A DNA stretch of 63,911 nucleotides, the filler included. It is 4 parts of 4 records of this genome, joined end to end, with 100 filler letters (N's around TTAATTAATTAA, not from the genome) between each part and the next. Parts side by side here need not be neighbours in the genome. Positions count along the whole stretch, not along the records: positions 9,738 to 34,060 come from SRR22947725_4256; 3 more parts are not named here. The stretch is one strand, 5' to 3'. This document shows positions 10,471 to 20,973 of the stretch, in pieces. Position numbers and translations under genes: made by a program. The notes under the pieces are model-generated. The model ran no database searches. It saw nothing but the letters and a program-made list of their open reading frames with translations, and was not told the DNA's origin. Numbering within the stretch: the first letter of the stretch is position 1; the number at the start of each line of letters is the position of its first letter.

Positions 10471-11373
10471 TCAACGCATGAAAAGTTTATCGAGACCAAA
10501 GACTCGATTCATTAACCAAATCATCACCAATGCCATAAGCAGAAGAACAACGCCCAAGGCTGATGACGCACCCCAATTCGAATAGATTGTAATAGTACTT
10601 TCGATACGCTGTGCCAACATCTGTACCCGGCCACCACCAAGCAAAGCAGGAGTAACGTAAAATCCAAGTGATAGAATGAAAACTAACACAATACCTGCAG
10701 AAAGACCCGGCAGAGACATTGGGAAAAAAACATGCCAGAATGCCTTGCGCGGGCTAGAGCCAAGCCCAACAGCAGCTCGCACTAAGTCGGTATCTATGCT
10801 GCGCATTGTGGCATAAAGGGGTAAGATCAGAAAAGGTAGCATGATATGCACCATGCCAATAATAGATCCCGTCAGGTTGTGTGCCAGTTGCAGAGGCTCC
10901 TCAATTATGTCAAGCGACATCAACGTCGAATTGATGATTCCATTTCGCTGTAACAGCACCAGCCAGGCGTAGGTTCGCACTAAGACCGATGTCCAGAATG
11001 GAACTAGTACAAAAACCATCAGAATAGCAGCTGTTCGATCAGTCATCTTGGTTAACCAGTAACACAGTGGATAACCGAGAAGGACAGAAATCACAGTTAC
11101 ACTGACGCTAATCTGAAAGGTAACAACAAAGGTTCGCCGATACAAATCACTCTCGAAGATTCGCTCGTAGTTTTCCATGCTAAATGCACCAGATACATTA
11201 TAAAAAGAGAGTGAGGACAGCCAGAAAATTGGCAGAAACACGACGACTAAAATTGCAAGCAGTGCGGGCATAGAGAGCCCAAAAAGCATTAAGCGTTCTC
11301 GGTTTTCTTCAGATTTGAGCGTACTCTTATTCTGAAGCGTCTGAGTGGCCTTATTCTCCTCGGCGATACTCAA
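10471..11373 (-). CDS. ABC permease, PotB-like
   Basis: PFWTSVLVRTYAW, LVRAAVGLGSS, FYVTPALLGG. Confidence 0.92.
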   Translation of the reverse strand: MSIAEENKATQTLQNKSTLKSEENRERLMLFGLSMPALLAILVVVFLPIFWLSSLSFYNVSGAFSMENYERIFESDLYRRTFVVTFQISVSVTVISVLLGYPLCYWLTKMTDRTAAILMVFVLVPFWTSVLVRTYAWLVLLQRNGIINSTLMSLDIIEEPLQLAHNLTGSIIGMVHIMLPFLILPLYATMRSIDTDLVRAAVGLGSSPRKAFWHVFFPMSLPGLSAGIVLVFILSLGFYVTPALLGGGRVQMLAQRIESTITIYSNWGASSALGVVLLLMALVMIWLMNRVFGLDKLFMR

Positions 11374-12458
11374 GACTTATACTCCGGAACTACGATAGTA
11401 TCTTCAGGATGCAAGGCGAGGCCAATACGCTCTCCCTTCGAGGGTAAATCTTTCTGACCAGCGCGATTAGCAGGTACGCGCACATTAATCATGCCAGCAC
11501 TTTCATGTTGAACAATAACCAAAACGCTATCACCTTGATAAATAATATCATGCACATGACCGGACAAATCATTTGCGGATTTAGGCACTATGCCCGAAGT
11601 GACCTCTAACAACTCAGGTCTGATTACTAAGCGATGTCCACCGCTACCTTGGGCAAGAGGTAGATCAGAATGCAAAATGTGGCCGTTAAGTTGTATCTGA
11701 TTATTAATTACCTTAACCGGTAAAGAAATTGATTCTCCAATAAAGTCCGCTACAAAAAAACTATGAGGCTCGCGATAGAGGCGCTCAGGTGTATCCACCT
11801 GTTCGATCCGCCCTTGATTTATCACAGCAATCCGATCCGACATCGTTAGGGCTTCACGCTGATCATGAGTTACATATACAACGGTTGCATCCAACTTTTG
11901 ATGAAGCGCCTTCAATTCAATTTGCATATGCTCACGTAATTTTTTGTCAAGTGCTGATAGGGGTTCATCCATTAGGATAATCTGTGGTTCGAATACCATT
12001 GCGCGAGCAAGGGCTACACGTTGCTGTTGACCACCAGATAATTGGTTGATACGTCGATCCCCATAGCCACCAAGCTCCACGGTATCAAGTGCACGTTCGG
12101 CGCGAGTATTTTGGTCACTTTTAGAAACTCCACGGATTTTTAATGGATAGGCTACATTTTCTGCCACCGTCATGAAAGGAAATAGAGCGTAGCTTTGAAA
12201 GACCATACCCAGGTCACGTTTGTGTGGCGGTGTCGCAATCACTTCACGATCACCAAACTTGATCGATCCACTATCAGGACGCACAAAACCAGCGAGAGCC
12301 ATCAGGAGGGTTGTTTTACCCGAACCCGATGGCCCAAGCAGTGTTAGGAATTCACCAGCTGCAATGTTTAGCGATACATGATCAAGCGCTTTAATTGATC
12401 CGTAGGCCTTGCACAGGCTAGAAACTTCGATGGGAAGTGATTGGACATTTGACGACAT
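11370..12458 (-). CDS. ABC ATP-binding protein, PotA-like
   Basis: Walker A GPSGSGKT, LSGGQQQRVALARA, ILMDEPLSALD, C-terminal TOBE. Confidence 0.95.
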   Translation of the reverse strand: MSSNVQSLPIEVSSLCKAYGSIKALDHVSLNIAAGEFLTLLGPSGSGKTTLLMALAGFVRPDSGSIKFGDREVIATPPHKRDLGMVFQSYALFPFMTVAENVAYPLKIRGVSKSDQNTRAERALDTVELGGYGDRRINQLSGGQQQRVALARAMVFEPQIILMDEPLSALDKKLREHMQIELKALHQKLDATVVYVTHDQREALTMSDRIAVINQGRIEQVDTPERLYREPHSFFVADFIGESISLPVKVINNQIQLNGHILHSDLPLAQGSGGHRLVIRPELLEVTSGIVPKSANDLSGHVHDIIYQGDSVLVIVQHESAGMINVRVPANRAGQKDLPSKGERIGLALHPEDTIVVPEYKS

Positions 12459-12486
12459 AAGAACTCCTAAACCTTATAAAAATGTA

Positions 12487-13545
12487 TTACTGTTGGATCA
12501 GTGTGTCAAACTTTTCCGTAAGCTCACCCAGCTGTCCGATATAAAAATTTGGATCAACTAGCAGTTGCTTATCATAATTACTTGGATGAGTATTAACGTT
12601 TTTTGCTTCCTCAAGACTAATTATACCTGCATCAAACGCATACTTATTTACAGGTCCAAGTGGCATCGTTATTGCTAAGGTTGCCTGAGATTTAGCTGAC
12701 AAAACAGAATTTATAAGCTTCATCGCATTACTATAATTTGGCGCACCTTTTGGTACAAGAAGGCAATCAACATCCATCGTACCATCTTGGAACGTATATG
12801 AAACATCAACACCAGAGTTTGCAACACTCTCAACACGATTATGTCCCATATGAATCACGTCCACCTCACCATCACGCAATAATTGTGCAGATTGTGAGCC
12901 ACCACGATACCATACTGTGACATGAGGGACAATTTCAGCAAGTTTAGCCCAAGCACGATCCATTCCTTTTTTAGTAGAAAGAACGTTATAAATTTCACTC
13001 TTGTCTACACCATCAGCCATTAATGCAGCCTCTAGGTTGTAGTTGACTTTTCCATGCATACCACGCTTTCCTGGGAAATTTTTAACATCCCAAAAATCTG
13101 CCCAGCTTTTTGGCCCATTATCACCAAACTGATCTTCTCTATAGGCAATCACTTTTGTAAAGTTAATAAAGCCAATATAGTTATCTTGCCTCAAATCAGA
13201 TGGAATCCCTGAAGCATCAACCATTTTATAGTCAATCGGTTCTAAGCTTCCCTCTCGGCTAAGAGTTTCACATGCGGATAGTTCCATTTCTGCAACATCC
13301 CAGGCAACTGCATTAGCAGAAATCTGAGTTCTGATATCTTGAATACCATTAGTCGTGTCTTCCTTAACTTCAATATCTAAATCTTGCGATGCTGGAGTCA
13401 GCATCGATGATCTCAGTGCATCCTGAAATGAACCTCCCCACGATGCAAACACAACAGAATGCCCATCAGCTTTAGCAATATTACTAAGACCAAGTACCAT
13501 TCCCATTGAAAGTGCTAAATACACTATTTTTGAATAATTTTTCAT
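12487..13545 (-). CDS. ABC substrate-binding protein (PotD/PotF-opine class), paralog 1
   Basis: Signal peptide ending AKA, FASWGGSFQDA, PKSWADFWD, PKGAPN. Confidence 0.9.
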   Translation of the reverse strand: MKNYSKIVYLALSMGMVLGLSNIAKADGHSVVFASWGGSFQDALRSSMLTPASQDLDIEVKEDTTNGIQDIRTQISANAVAWDVAEMELSACETLSREGSLEPIDYKMVDASGIPSDLRQDNYIGFINFTKVIAYREDQFGDNGPKSWADFWDVKNFPGKRGMHGKVNYNLEAALMADGVDKSEIYNVLSTKKGMDRAWAKLAEIVPHVTVWYRGGSQSAQLLRDGEVDVIHMGHNRVESVANSGVDVSYTFQDGTMDVDCLLVPKGAPNYSNAMKLINSVLSAKSQATLAITMPLGPVNKYAFDAGIISLEEAKNVNTHPSNYDKQLLVDPNFYIGQLGELTEKFDTLIQQ

Positions 13546-13569
13546 TTGTAATCTCCTATTAGTTATATT

Positions 13570-13673
13570 TTCCAGGTTAGAAAGTTAACTTGGAAATTGT
13601 CTCATAATATAAAACTTAAAGTTTCATTCTACGAAACATCGTTTCATTTTATATATAATCAACAATAAGTCAA
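13570..13673 (-). promoter_or_regulatory. Sigma70 promoter (TTGACT 13673-13668, N16, TAAAAT) with palindromic operator GTTTC-N7-GAAAC (13621-13637), two degenerate copies and a leader inverted repeat
   Basis: Conserved in the second copy at 15609-15714; palindrome type fits IclR-family operators. Confidence 0.7.
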
Positions 13674-13730
13674 ATTTAATTTTAATAACTATTTGAATTT
13701 TTGATTGGACTTTTGCTATCTAATGCTGTT

Positions 13731-14519
13731 TTAAAACTGCAAAACCTTTTTAACCCAGTCAGCAATTAGCTTTGGCTGTTCGAACATAATGAAATGCCCA
13801 GTATTTGGCACTAGCTTAATCATCACTGAGGGAATTCGAGCACGCAAAACATCCAGCCAAAGTGATTTAGGGTTATTTATCACAAGTTGGCGAACTTCGT
13901 TTTTATCAAGTGAAGTGGCTTGAAAGATTGTTACAGGGCAAGTAAGTTTGTCAACAGCTGCAACAAAGTTATCTCGATCCCATGAGGCCATAGCATAGTA
14001 ATATGCCATCAAAACATCAGCCGGATATTGAGCAGCCCGATGCACAATATTATGTTTTTGATCCAAATCGAGATTATCAATCATCATCGATTTAAATGCT
14101 GCTTCCGCCCAAGCTTGTTGCCCAAACTGAGCAAGTTCTTTTGACAGCCTTGACATCGCTACATTTGGATCTTCGGGTACATTACTTCCATCCAGCAACA
14201 GCAGGTGGGAGACACGCCCCTCATAATTTGCAGCTAATTCGACAGCAATCCGGGCCCCCATGCTGTGCCCAACAAGCGCAAAGTTATCAAAATCTAGATC
14301 GTTAGCATAGGCAATCACATGCGCTGCACAGTCACTCAAACTAATTGCTCCATCCAGTGATACAGCTTCTGGACTTCCAGGTAACTTGATAAAGCCAGTT
14401 TGAATACTATTGGGTAGGAGCGAGGATACATAGCTCCAGTCCCGCCACCCACAGGCCCAACCATGAATGAAAATGACATTCAAAGGCTCAGCCTTTTTGG
14501 GTAAAGGACTGGAGTGCAT
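13731..14519 (-). CDS. Alpha/beta hydrolase
   Basis: FIHGWAC, nucleophile elbow GHSMG, C-terminal GHFIMFEQP. Confidence 0.9.
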   Translation of the reverse strand: MHSSPLPKKAEPLNVIFIHGWACGWRDWSYVSSLLPNSIQTGFIKLPGSPEAVSLDGAISLSDCAAHVIAYANDLDFDNFALVGHSMGARIAVELAANYEGRVSHLLLLDGSNVPEDPNVAMSRLSKELAQFGQQAWAEAAFKSMMIDNLDLDQKHNIVHRAAQYPADVLMAYYYAMASWDRDNFVAAVDKLTCPVTIFQATSLDKNEVRQLVINNPKSLWLDVLRARIPSVMIKLVPNTGHFIMFEQPKLIADWVKKVLQF

Positions 14520-14528
14520 TATGTGATC

Positions 14529-15587
14529 CTATTTCTGAACTAGAGTATCAAATCTCTCCTGTAATTCTGCGAAATTTTCTACATAAAAGCTCGCATCAAT
14601 GACCACCTGGTTTTTCATATTATCAGGCGCAGCATTGTTTTTAGCAGCCAGTTCGGGTGAAATAAGGCCAGTTGAGAATGCATTGGCATTGACAGGTCCA
14701 TAGGAAATGGCAACCGCCATGCGTGCTTGTGCCTCAGCAGAAAGTATCTCGTTAATTACCAGCATAGCATTTTCACGATTTGGCGCACCTTTTGGCACCA
14801 ATAAGCAATCCGCATCAGTTGTTCCCTGGTTCCATGTAAAACCAACCTTTAATGCATCAGCATTAAGCGCTTCTGCACGACCGTTGCCAATCTGTATGAT
14901 GTCAATCTCTTCATCTGCCATTAACTGCGCTGCTTGCGATCCACCTCTGTACCAAACAGTAATATCGGGCGCAATCTCCTCAAGTTTGGCAAAGGCTCGG
15001 TCCACACCACCTGCACTTCGTAGTACTGTATTTACATCCATTGGATCGACACCATCTGCCATCAAAGCCGCTTCAAGAGCATGTGAAACCGACTTAAACA
15101 TCGAACGTGTCCCTGGATATGCTTCGGTGTTCCAGAAATCTGCCCAAGATTGTGGACCATTCTCACCAAATTTCTCAGCTTGCCAACCGATGACAAGCGA
15201 ATAAGTCAACAATCCAACCCATTCGCTATCAACTAAGCTGGCAGGAATACCATCGGTTGAAACCACACCATAGTCAATTGGTTCAAGCGCACCCTCCTGT
15301 TTCAAACGGGCACAATCAGATAAAGCTTGTTCTGTGATATCCCAGGCAACTGCACCCGCAGTAATCTGTGCACGAACGTCTTGAGGGCCGTTAGTTGTGT
15401 CTTCTTTGATGGTAATATTCAATGCTTCGGCAGCAGGATCTAGCATAGAAGATCTAAGCGCATCTTGGAATGATCCCCCCCATGATGCAAAGACGACTGA
15501 ATGTCCGTCAGCTTTGGCAATATTACCAAGACCAATACCTAATCCCATAGATAGTGTTAAGCATAATACTTTGAAATATTTATTCAT
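14529..15587 (-). CDS. ABC substrate-binding protein (PotD/PotF-opine class), paralog 2
   Basis: Same length (352 aa) and same mature N-terminus ADGHSVVFASWGGSFQDALRSSML as paralog 1. Confidence 0.9.
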   Translation of the reverse strand: MNKYFKVLCLTLSMGLGIGLGNIAKADGHSVVFASWGGSFQDALRSSMLDPAAEALNITIKEDTTNGPQDVRAQITAGAVAWDITEQALSDCARLKQEGALEPIDYGVVSTDGIPASLVDSEWVGLLTYSLVIGWQAEKFGENGPQSWADFWNTEAYPGTRSMFKSVSHALEAALMADGVDPMDVNTVLRSAGGVDRAFAKLEEIAPDITVWYRGGSQAAQLMADEEIDIIQIGNGRAEALNADALKVGFTWNQGTTDADCLLVPKGAPNRENAMLVINEILSAEAQARMAVAISYGPVNANAFSTGLISPELAAKNNAAPDNMKNQVVIDASFYVENFAELQERFDTLVQK

Positions 15588-15608
15588 TTGAAAGCTCCTT
15601 TTTTTATT

Positions 15609-15714
15609 TCTAAGTTAGAAATTTAACCTAGATATTGTCTCATAATATGATGTAAACTACGTTTCATTCTACGAAACATAATTTCATTTTGATGTATAAT
15701 AAAAAAGAAGTCAA
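15609..15714 (-). promoter_or_regulatory. Second copy of promoter/operator (TTGACT 15714-15709, N17, CAAAAT; operator 15661-15677)
   Basis: Identical 17-mer GTTTCATTCTACGAAAC exactly 2040 nt from the first copy. Confidence 0.7.
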
Positions 15715-15853
15715 GTAAAAATTTATAAAATGATTTTGTTTTGACTTAGTATTTCTGAAATTATGTTAAGCTTATTATTAATTTTTACTTATACAATTCT
15801 TTCAAATTTTCTAGTAACATTTTTTATATCCCGTCCAATTTAATAATATACAA

Positions 15854-16564
15854 ATGACAAATTCAAAAGAAAAATCTAGGCCTATTAAAAGTGGTGTTGA
15901 GTCGGTAGAAAGAGCTCTGAGTCTTCTGGAGGCATTTAATATGGGTGACAATGGTCTAGCACTTAAAGAGCTTGCTCAAAGAACTGGTCTAAATAAAGCC
16001 ACAATATTGCGACTTAGTGCTTCACTTGAAAAATTTGGTTATCTTACTCGTGATTATGATGGTATTTTTCACCTTGGAGCGTCTCTTTGGCATCGAAGTT
16101 CGGTTTACCGTGATAACCTTCAACTAGGAAATATTATTCGTCCAGCTTTAACAGAACTTGTTAAAAAAACAGAAGAGACTGCTGCATTTCATGTCTTGCG
16201 AGGAAATTCAAGTGTAGTTCTTTATTGTGAAAATTCTAAAAGAAGGATGCGATATCATATCGATGAAGGAGAAATAAATCCTCTTAATCTTGGCTCTTCT
16301 GGAAAGGTGCTGGAAGCGTTTGTAAATCCTAAAACATCTCAGTCTAAAATTATCAAAGATCAGGGATACTATATTAGTCATGGAGAGCGTGACCCTGATA
16401 TTGCAGGTATTACAGTTCCTATCTTGGGGCGCGATGGTGAGCTGATTGGAGTAATCTCCTTGTCAGGGCTTACAACTCGATTCACTGACGATAATATTGA
16501 AAGTTATTTAAAAGCCTTAATATCTATCTCTAAAAAAGTTTGCTTAGCTTTTGGAAGTAAGTAA
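15854..16564 (+). CDS. IclR-family transcriptional regulator
   Basis: SVERALSLLEAF, GLNKATILRL HTH, GSSGKVL, GYYISHGERDPDIAGITVPI. Confidence 0.93.
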   Translation: MTNSKEKSRPIKSGVESVERALSLLEAFNMGDNGLALKELAQRTGLNKATILRLSASLEKFGYLTRDYDGIFHLGASLWHRSSVYRDNLQLGNIIRPALTELVKKTEETAAFHVLRGNSSVVLYCENSKRRMRYHIDEGEINPLNLGSSGKVLEAFVNPKTSQSKIIKDQGYYISHGERDPDIAGITVPILGRDGELIGVISLSGLTTRFTDDNIESYLKALISISKKVCLAFGSK

Positions 16565-16642
16565 TTTAATTTAAAGCATTAGTTTGATATCTGTGAGCGA
16601 GAGCTTTTAACTATATGTATGAGAAACGAAGAGCCTCAGGCT

Positions 16643-17251
16643 TTAGAAATAAAAAAGGCTAAACCCAACACCAATCATTATTACTCCAAAAATCCTGTTT
16701 ACTCTCAAGGCCATTTTCTCACTACTTATTAGTTGCCTTAATTTTTTTCCTAGAATACCAATAAATAGTAAGCCAAACAATAGTGAAATAGCAACAGTGG
16801 CTACGATTTTGAGTCCATAAGATAAACTCACCTGATTGAGATCAATCAAAGATGGAAGGACAGATAAATAAAAAATCATCACCTTTGGATTAGTTCCAGC
16901 TAAAAGGAAGCCCATCAGAAGTTCTTTCAAATGAGATTGAGCTGAAATGTCATTATCCATACTGAATTTTCCAGCCCTCCACTGAGAGTAACCCAAATAA
17001 AATAAATAACAGGCACCAAAATATTGGACCGCATTTGTAACAGGTGTAATCAAATCAGCAAGAGCATTTAAAGAAAAAATGACAATGGTTAAATAAGACA
17101 AATCACCCAGCGTCATTCCAATTGAAAAGAATATTGCTGAGGCTAGACCTCTTGAAGTAGAAATTGAGAGAAGCGCTAAAGTCCCAGGACCCGGGGTCAC
17201 TGCAAAAATGAAAAGAGTAAAGCCTAGGACTAAAAAAATATTTATTTCCAT
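16643..17251 (-). CDS. LysE/RhtB-family exporter
   Basis: TPGPG, GACYLFYLG, NPKVMIFY. Confidence 0.9.
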   Translation of the reverse strand: MEINIFLVLGFTLFIFAVTPGPGTLALLSISTSRGLASAIFFSIGMTLGDLSYLTIVIFSLNALADLITPVTNAVQYFGACYLFYLGYSQWRAGKFSMDNDISAQSHLKELLMGFLLAGTNPKVMIFYLSVLPSLIDLNQVSLSYGLKIVATVAISLLFGLLFIGILGKKLRQLISSEKMALRVNRIFGVIMIGVGFSLFYF

Positions 17252-17270
17252 AATTTATCGCTACCCATAA

Positions 17271-18170
17271 TTATCGAAAAGGAATTAGATTTTTAATCTT
17301 CAAGTCGTTAAGAGCAGCGAGAGCAGAAACGGCCATTAGAATTCCAATAGCATTTTTTATAGTAATCATTTCTTCAAAGAAAATTGCACCGAATGCGATT
17401 GCAAAGAATGGAGTTAATATACTAAAAGCAGAACTCTTTTTAGAGCCAATAATTCTAATGCCCATATAGTAGAGTGCTGTTATTGCAGTTCCAGCAATAA
17501 ATGACACGAAAAGAATATTAACCCAAAATATGTAATCCATAGACCCTAACGTGAAGAGATGACTGCTATCATAAGATAAATTCCAATCGATTAAGAAGCC
17601 TATAAGACAGACATAAAAGTTAATAGTCAAGACATGAATATTTCTCATGTAAGAGGCAGCTACTGTGAACATTGCATAGGTAAGAGCAGCCAATACAAAA
17701 TAAATATTACCCCCACTTACAAGCGTATCAATATTCATTTGTTCAAGATTAAGCATTAAAGCGACCCCCATTGCTCCAATTGTCAGTGCGAGCCAATCCT
17801 TCAAAACAGGTTTAGATTTTTTTGAAAAAATCATCATGACATAAACAAAAATTGGAATCAAAACGGTTACTAGAGCCGCGCCTAAACCAACTGCGCCCCT
17901 CTGCATCCCCATGAAGTAGGTTCTATAGTTCCCGATTAGGAAAAAAGCCAAAAGAATGCAAATGACAAAGTTTTTTAAACTAATTTTTATAGGGATTTTC
18001 ATCCATACAAGCAGAGGAAAGGTTGATAAGGCTGAAAGAAAAAAACGATACACAACGACTTCATCTTCGCTGATATAAAAAGATAAGTATTTTGCAGAGA
18101 CGCCTGATAAGGCCCATACCAATGGAACAAGAAGCATAACTAGTGTCATTGTTTTTTCAGATTGGAACAT
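17271..18170 (-). CDS. DMT/EamA-family transporter
   Basis: About 10 TM helices in two EamA-like halves. Confidence 0.85.
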   Translation of the reverse strand: MFQSEKTMTLVMLLVPLVWALSGVSAKYLSFYISEDEVVVYRFFLSALSTFPLLVWMKIPIKISLKNFVICILLAFFLIGNYRTYFMGMQRGAVGLGAALVTVLIPIFVYVMMIFSKKSKPVLKDWLALTIGAMGVALMLNLEQMNIDTLVSGGNIYFVLAALTYAMFTVAASYMRNIHVLTINFYVCLIGFLIDWNLSYDSSHLFTLGSMDYIFWVNILFVSFIAGTAITALYYMGIRIIGSKKSSAFSILTPFFAIAFGAIFFEEMITIKNAIGILMAVSALAALNDLKIKNLIPFR

Positions 18171-18186
18171 CTACATCCTTTTATAT

Positions 18187-18795
18187 TTAATAAAGTGCGA
18201 CAAAAACACCAACAAGAATCATAGTCACACCAGTCACTTGATTGATCCTCCTGATGCTATCGGGATTTTCAATATAACTTCTAAGTCTAACACCTAAAAT
18301 ATTTGCCAAACTTAAAACAAAAAAAACAGTCAAGCCAATTGCTACTATCACCTGAACTTCTGTATTTAAAGTCAGATTATTTAAGTCTATAAAGATTGGA
18401 AGGAAGGATAGGTAGAAGATAATTGTTTTTGGGTTAGTCACTCCGACAACAAAACCAGCTATTAAGAGCTTTATGACTGAGCTCTTTTTACTTGAAGGTT
18501 CAAAACTAATCCCTTTTGAACGGAATTGTTGATAGCCAATAAAGATTAAATATGATGCTCCAAGAATCTTCACATAGAGCATACTCTCATTAATCACCTC
18601 AGCTAAGGCATTGAGAGCTAGCATTGCAAGAGCTACATAAATAATATCGCCAACTGTGTGGCCTATGGAAACCCAAATTGCAGGTATTGGTCCAAATCGA
18701 GTAGAAATCGCCAACACTGCAAATAAACCCGGGCCAGGTGAAATTGCATAAACGAAAGTAGCAATCATCAGGGAAAGTAGGGTAAGCAAATCCAT
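18187..18795 (-). CDS. LysE/RhtB-family exporter
   Basis: SPGPG, GASYLIFIG, NPKTIIFY. Confidence 0.9.
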   Translation of the reverse strand: MDLLTLLSLMIATFVYAISPGPGLFAVLAISTRFGPIPAIWVSIGHTVGDIIYVALAMLALNALAEVINESMLYVKILGASYLIFIGYQQFRSKGISFEPSSKKSSVIKLLIAGFVVGVTNPKTIIFYLSFLPIFIDLNNLTLNTEVQVIVAIGLTVFFVLSLANILGVRLRSYIENPDSIRRINQVTGVTMILVGVFVALY

Positions 18796-18862
18796 TGCAA
18801 GATTATAAACATTGCATCTGCTATAATTATCATTAAATTTCCTTTCACAATAAGTGCATTAG

Positions 18863-19813
18863 ATGAACTTAAACTATTTAGACTTTGAACAACCAATCGC
18901 AGAGCTGGAAGACAAAATTGATGCCCTTGAAAGCATTAAGGATGATGTCGATATTGCCAAAGAGATGGATTCGCTTAAATCAAAAAGTGAACTCTTAACA
19001 AAGAAAATTTTTTCATCGCTCAGTGATTGGCAAATCTCTCAATTAGCTAGGCACCCTCAAAGACTTTATACCTTGGACTACATTGATAATATTTTTGATG
19101 AATTTACAGAGCTATGTGGAGATCGAGCCTATGCAAATGACCATTCTTTGATAGGCGGCATTGCAAAAATAGATGACCTAACATTTATGTTTCTTGGTCA
19201 ACAAAAAGGCCGATCTACAAAAGAAAAAATTTACCATAACTTTGGAATGACTAGGCCTGAGGGCTACCGAAAGGCGCTTAGACTTATGAAGATGGCTGAG
19301 AAATTTGGCTTGCCTGTCATTACTTTTATAGATACCCCAGGCGCATATCCTGGTATTGGCGCAGAAGAACGCGGACAGAGTGAAGCAATCGCAAAAAACT
19401 TATTCGAAATGTCAACTTTAAAAACGCCAATTCTATCGGTTGTGATTGGTGAAGGTGGCTCGGGCGGTGCGCTTGCTATTGGACTTTGTGACACGATGAT
19501 GATGTTTGAGTATAGCATTTACTCAGTCATCTCTCCTGAAGGCTGCGCATCTATACTATATAAAGATGCATCTAAAGCTCCCATTGCTGCAGAGTCTCTT
19601 AAGCTTACTAGTAAGCATTTGAAAAAAAATAAGTTAATTGAAAAGGTGATCCCTGAACCATTGGGCGGAATTCATAGAGACCCTAAAAAAGCCTCTAAAT
19701 TTCTAAAAAAAGCACTCATCAAAGAGCTTAAAAATCTAGCTGATTTACCTATTGAAAAACTTTTAGAAGATAGGCACGAAAAATTACTTAGCTTTGGAAG
19801 ATTTAGCGAATAA
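18863..19813 (+). CDS. accA: Acetyl-CoA carboxylase carboxyltransferase alpha
   Basis: [34 protein letters not shown]. Confidence 0.97.
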   Translation: MNLNYLDFEQPIAELEDKIDALESIKDDVDIAKEMDSLKSKSELLTKKIFSSLSDWQISQLARHPQRLYTLDYIDNIFDEFTELCGDRAYANDHSLIGGIAKIDDLTFMFLGQQKGRSTKEKIYHNFGMTRPEGYRKALRLMKMAEKFGLPVITFIDTPGAYPGIGAEERGQSEAIAKNLFEMSTLKTPILSVVIGEGGSGGALAIGLCDTMMMFEYSIYSVISPEGCASILYKDASKAPIAAESLKLTSKHLKKNKLIEKVIPEPLGGIHRDPKKASKFLKKALIKELKNLADLPIEKLLEDRHEKLLSFGRFSE

Positions 19814-20963
19814 AGATCCTTTCCTTATAGACAAAAATATTGTCATTGCCTTAAGTGGAGGGATTGACTCAGTGGTCCTGCTCCATTTCTTAAACTCTCA
19901 TTACCCTGGTAATATTAGAGCAATCCATATCAATCATAACCTTTCGAAGCACAGCAAAGACTGGTCTCTATTCTGTAAAGAACTATGTCACAAACAAGAT
20001 ATTGAGTTTAAAAGCATAGATATTAATATTAAAACTTCGTCTAACGTTGAAGAAAATGCACGTAAAAAACGCTATAATTCACTAAAATCAGAATTATCTA
20101 AAAATGAAGTTCTGTGTACTGCACATCATCAGGAGGATCAATCTGAGACCTTTTTACTTCAACTATTTAGAGGAAGTGGGGTAGCGGGCTTGGCATCCAT
20201 GCCAAAAATGAAGAGCTTTGCTGACGCATTTTTATACCGTCCCTTCTTAAATATTTCTAAACAATTGATTGTTGACTATGCGACAAAAAATAATCTCGAC
20301 TGGGTAGAAGATGATAGCAATATTAATTTAAATTTCAAAAGAAATCTCCTAAGATTAGAGTTTATTCCAAAACTTGAATCCGGTTTTAAAGGAGTAATAA
20401 AAAATATTTCTAGAAGCGCTTATCACCAGTCTGAGGCATTAAAACTAATAAACGATCTCGCTGAAATTGATATCGAAAAGTTCAATCTTGTCATTAATCA
20501 TAAAATTCAAGTGCTGCCTTTAACTGAGCTCCCAGAAAGAAGAGTTGCTAATGTATTAAGATATTACATTGCACAAAGGGGCTTCTTGATGCCATCCAAT
20601 AAAGTGCTAACTGAATTAATTTCTGTTTTAAGGGCGAAGGATGATGCCAAAGTGATTTTAAAATGGCATCTTTATGAAGCCAGAAGATATGACAATGAGT
20701 TATATTTTTTTGATGGCGAGCCTGATAGATCCAATGAAGATTGCCCTCTCTTTAATAAACTAAAGGATCAAACTAATTTTACAATTCGATTTCGTCAGGA
20801 CGGTCAAAGAGTAAGACTCAAGGGTAAAAAACACTCAAGCTCTCTTAAAAAAATACTTCAAAGTGCAAACATTCCGCCTTGGGAAAGAGACAAATTGAGG
20901 ATGTATTACATCAATGAAACTCTTGTTGGCATGGAGTCAATAGGCGAAATGTCTGAGGCTTAA
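19794..20963 (+). CDS. tilS: tRNA(Ile)-lysidine synthetase
   Basis: PP-loop [23 protein letters not shown]; usual accA-tilS order. Confidence 0.95.
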   Translation: MEDLANKDPFLIDKNIVIALSGGIDSVVLLHFLNSHYPGNIRAIHINHNLSKHSKDWSLFCKELCHKQDIEFKSIDINIKTSSNVEENARKKRYNSLKSELSKNEVLCTAHHQEDQSETFLLQLFRGSGVAGLASMPKMKSFADAFLYRPFLNISKQLIVDYATKNNLDWVEDDSNINLNFKRNLLRLEFIPKLESGFKGVIKNISRSAYHQSEALKLINDLAEIDIEKFNLVINHKIQVLPLTELPERRVANVLRYYIAQRGFLMPSNKVLTELISVLRAKDDAKVILKWHLYEARRYDNELYFFDGEPDRSNEDCPLFNKLKDQTNFTIRFRQDGQRVRLKGKKHSSSLKKILQSANIPPWERDKLRMYYINETLVGMESIGEMSEA

Positions 20964-20973
20964 ATTATAATTT

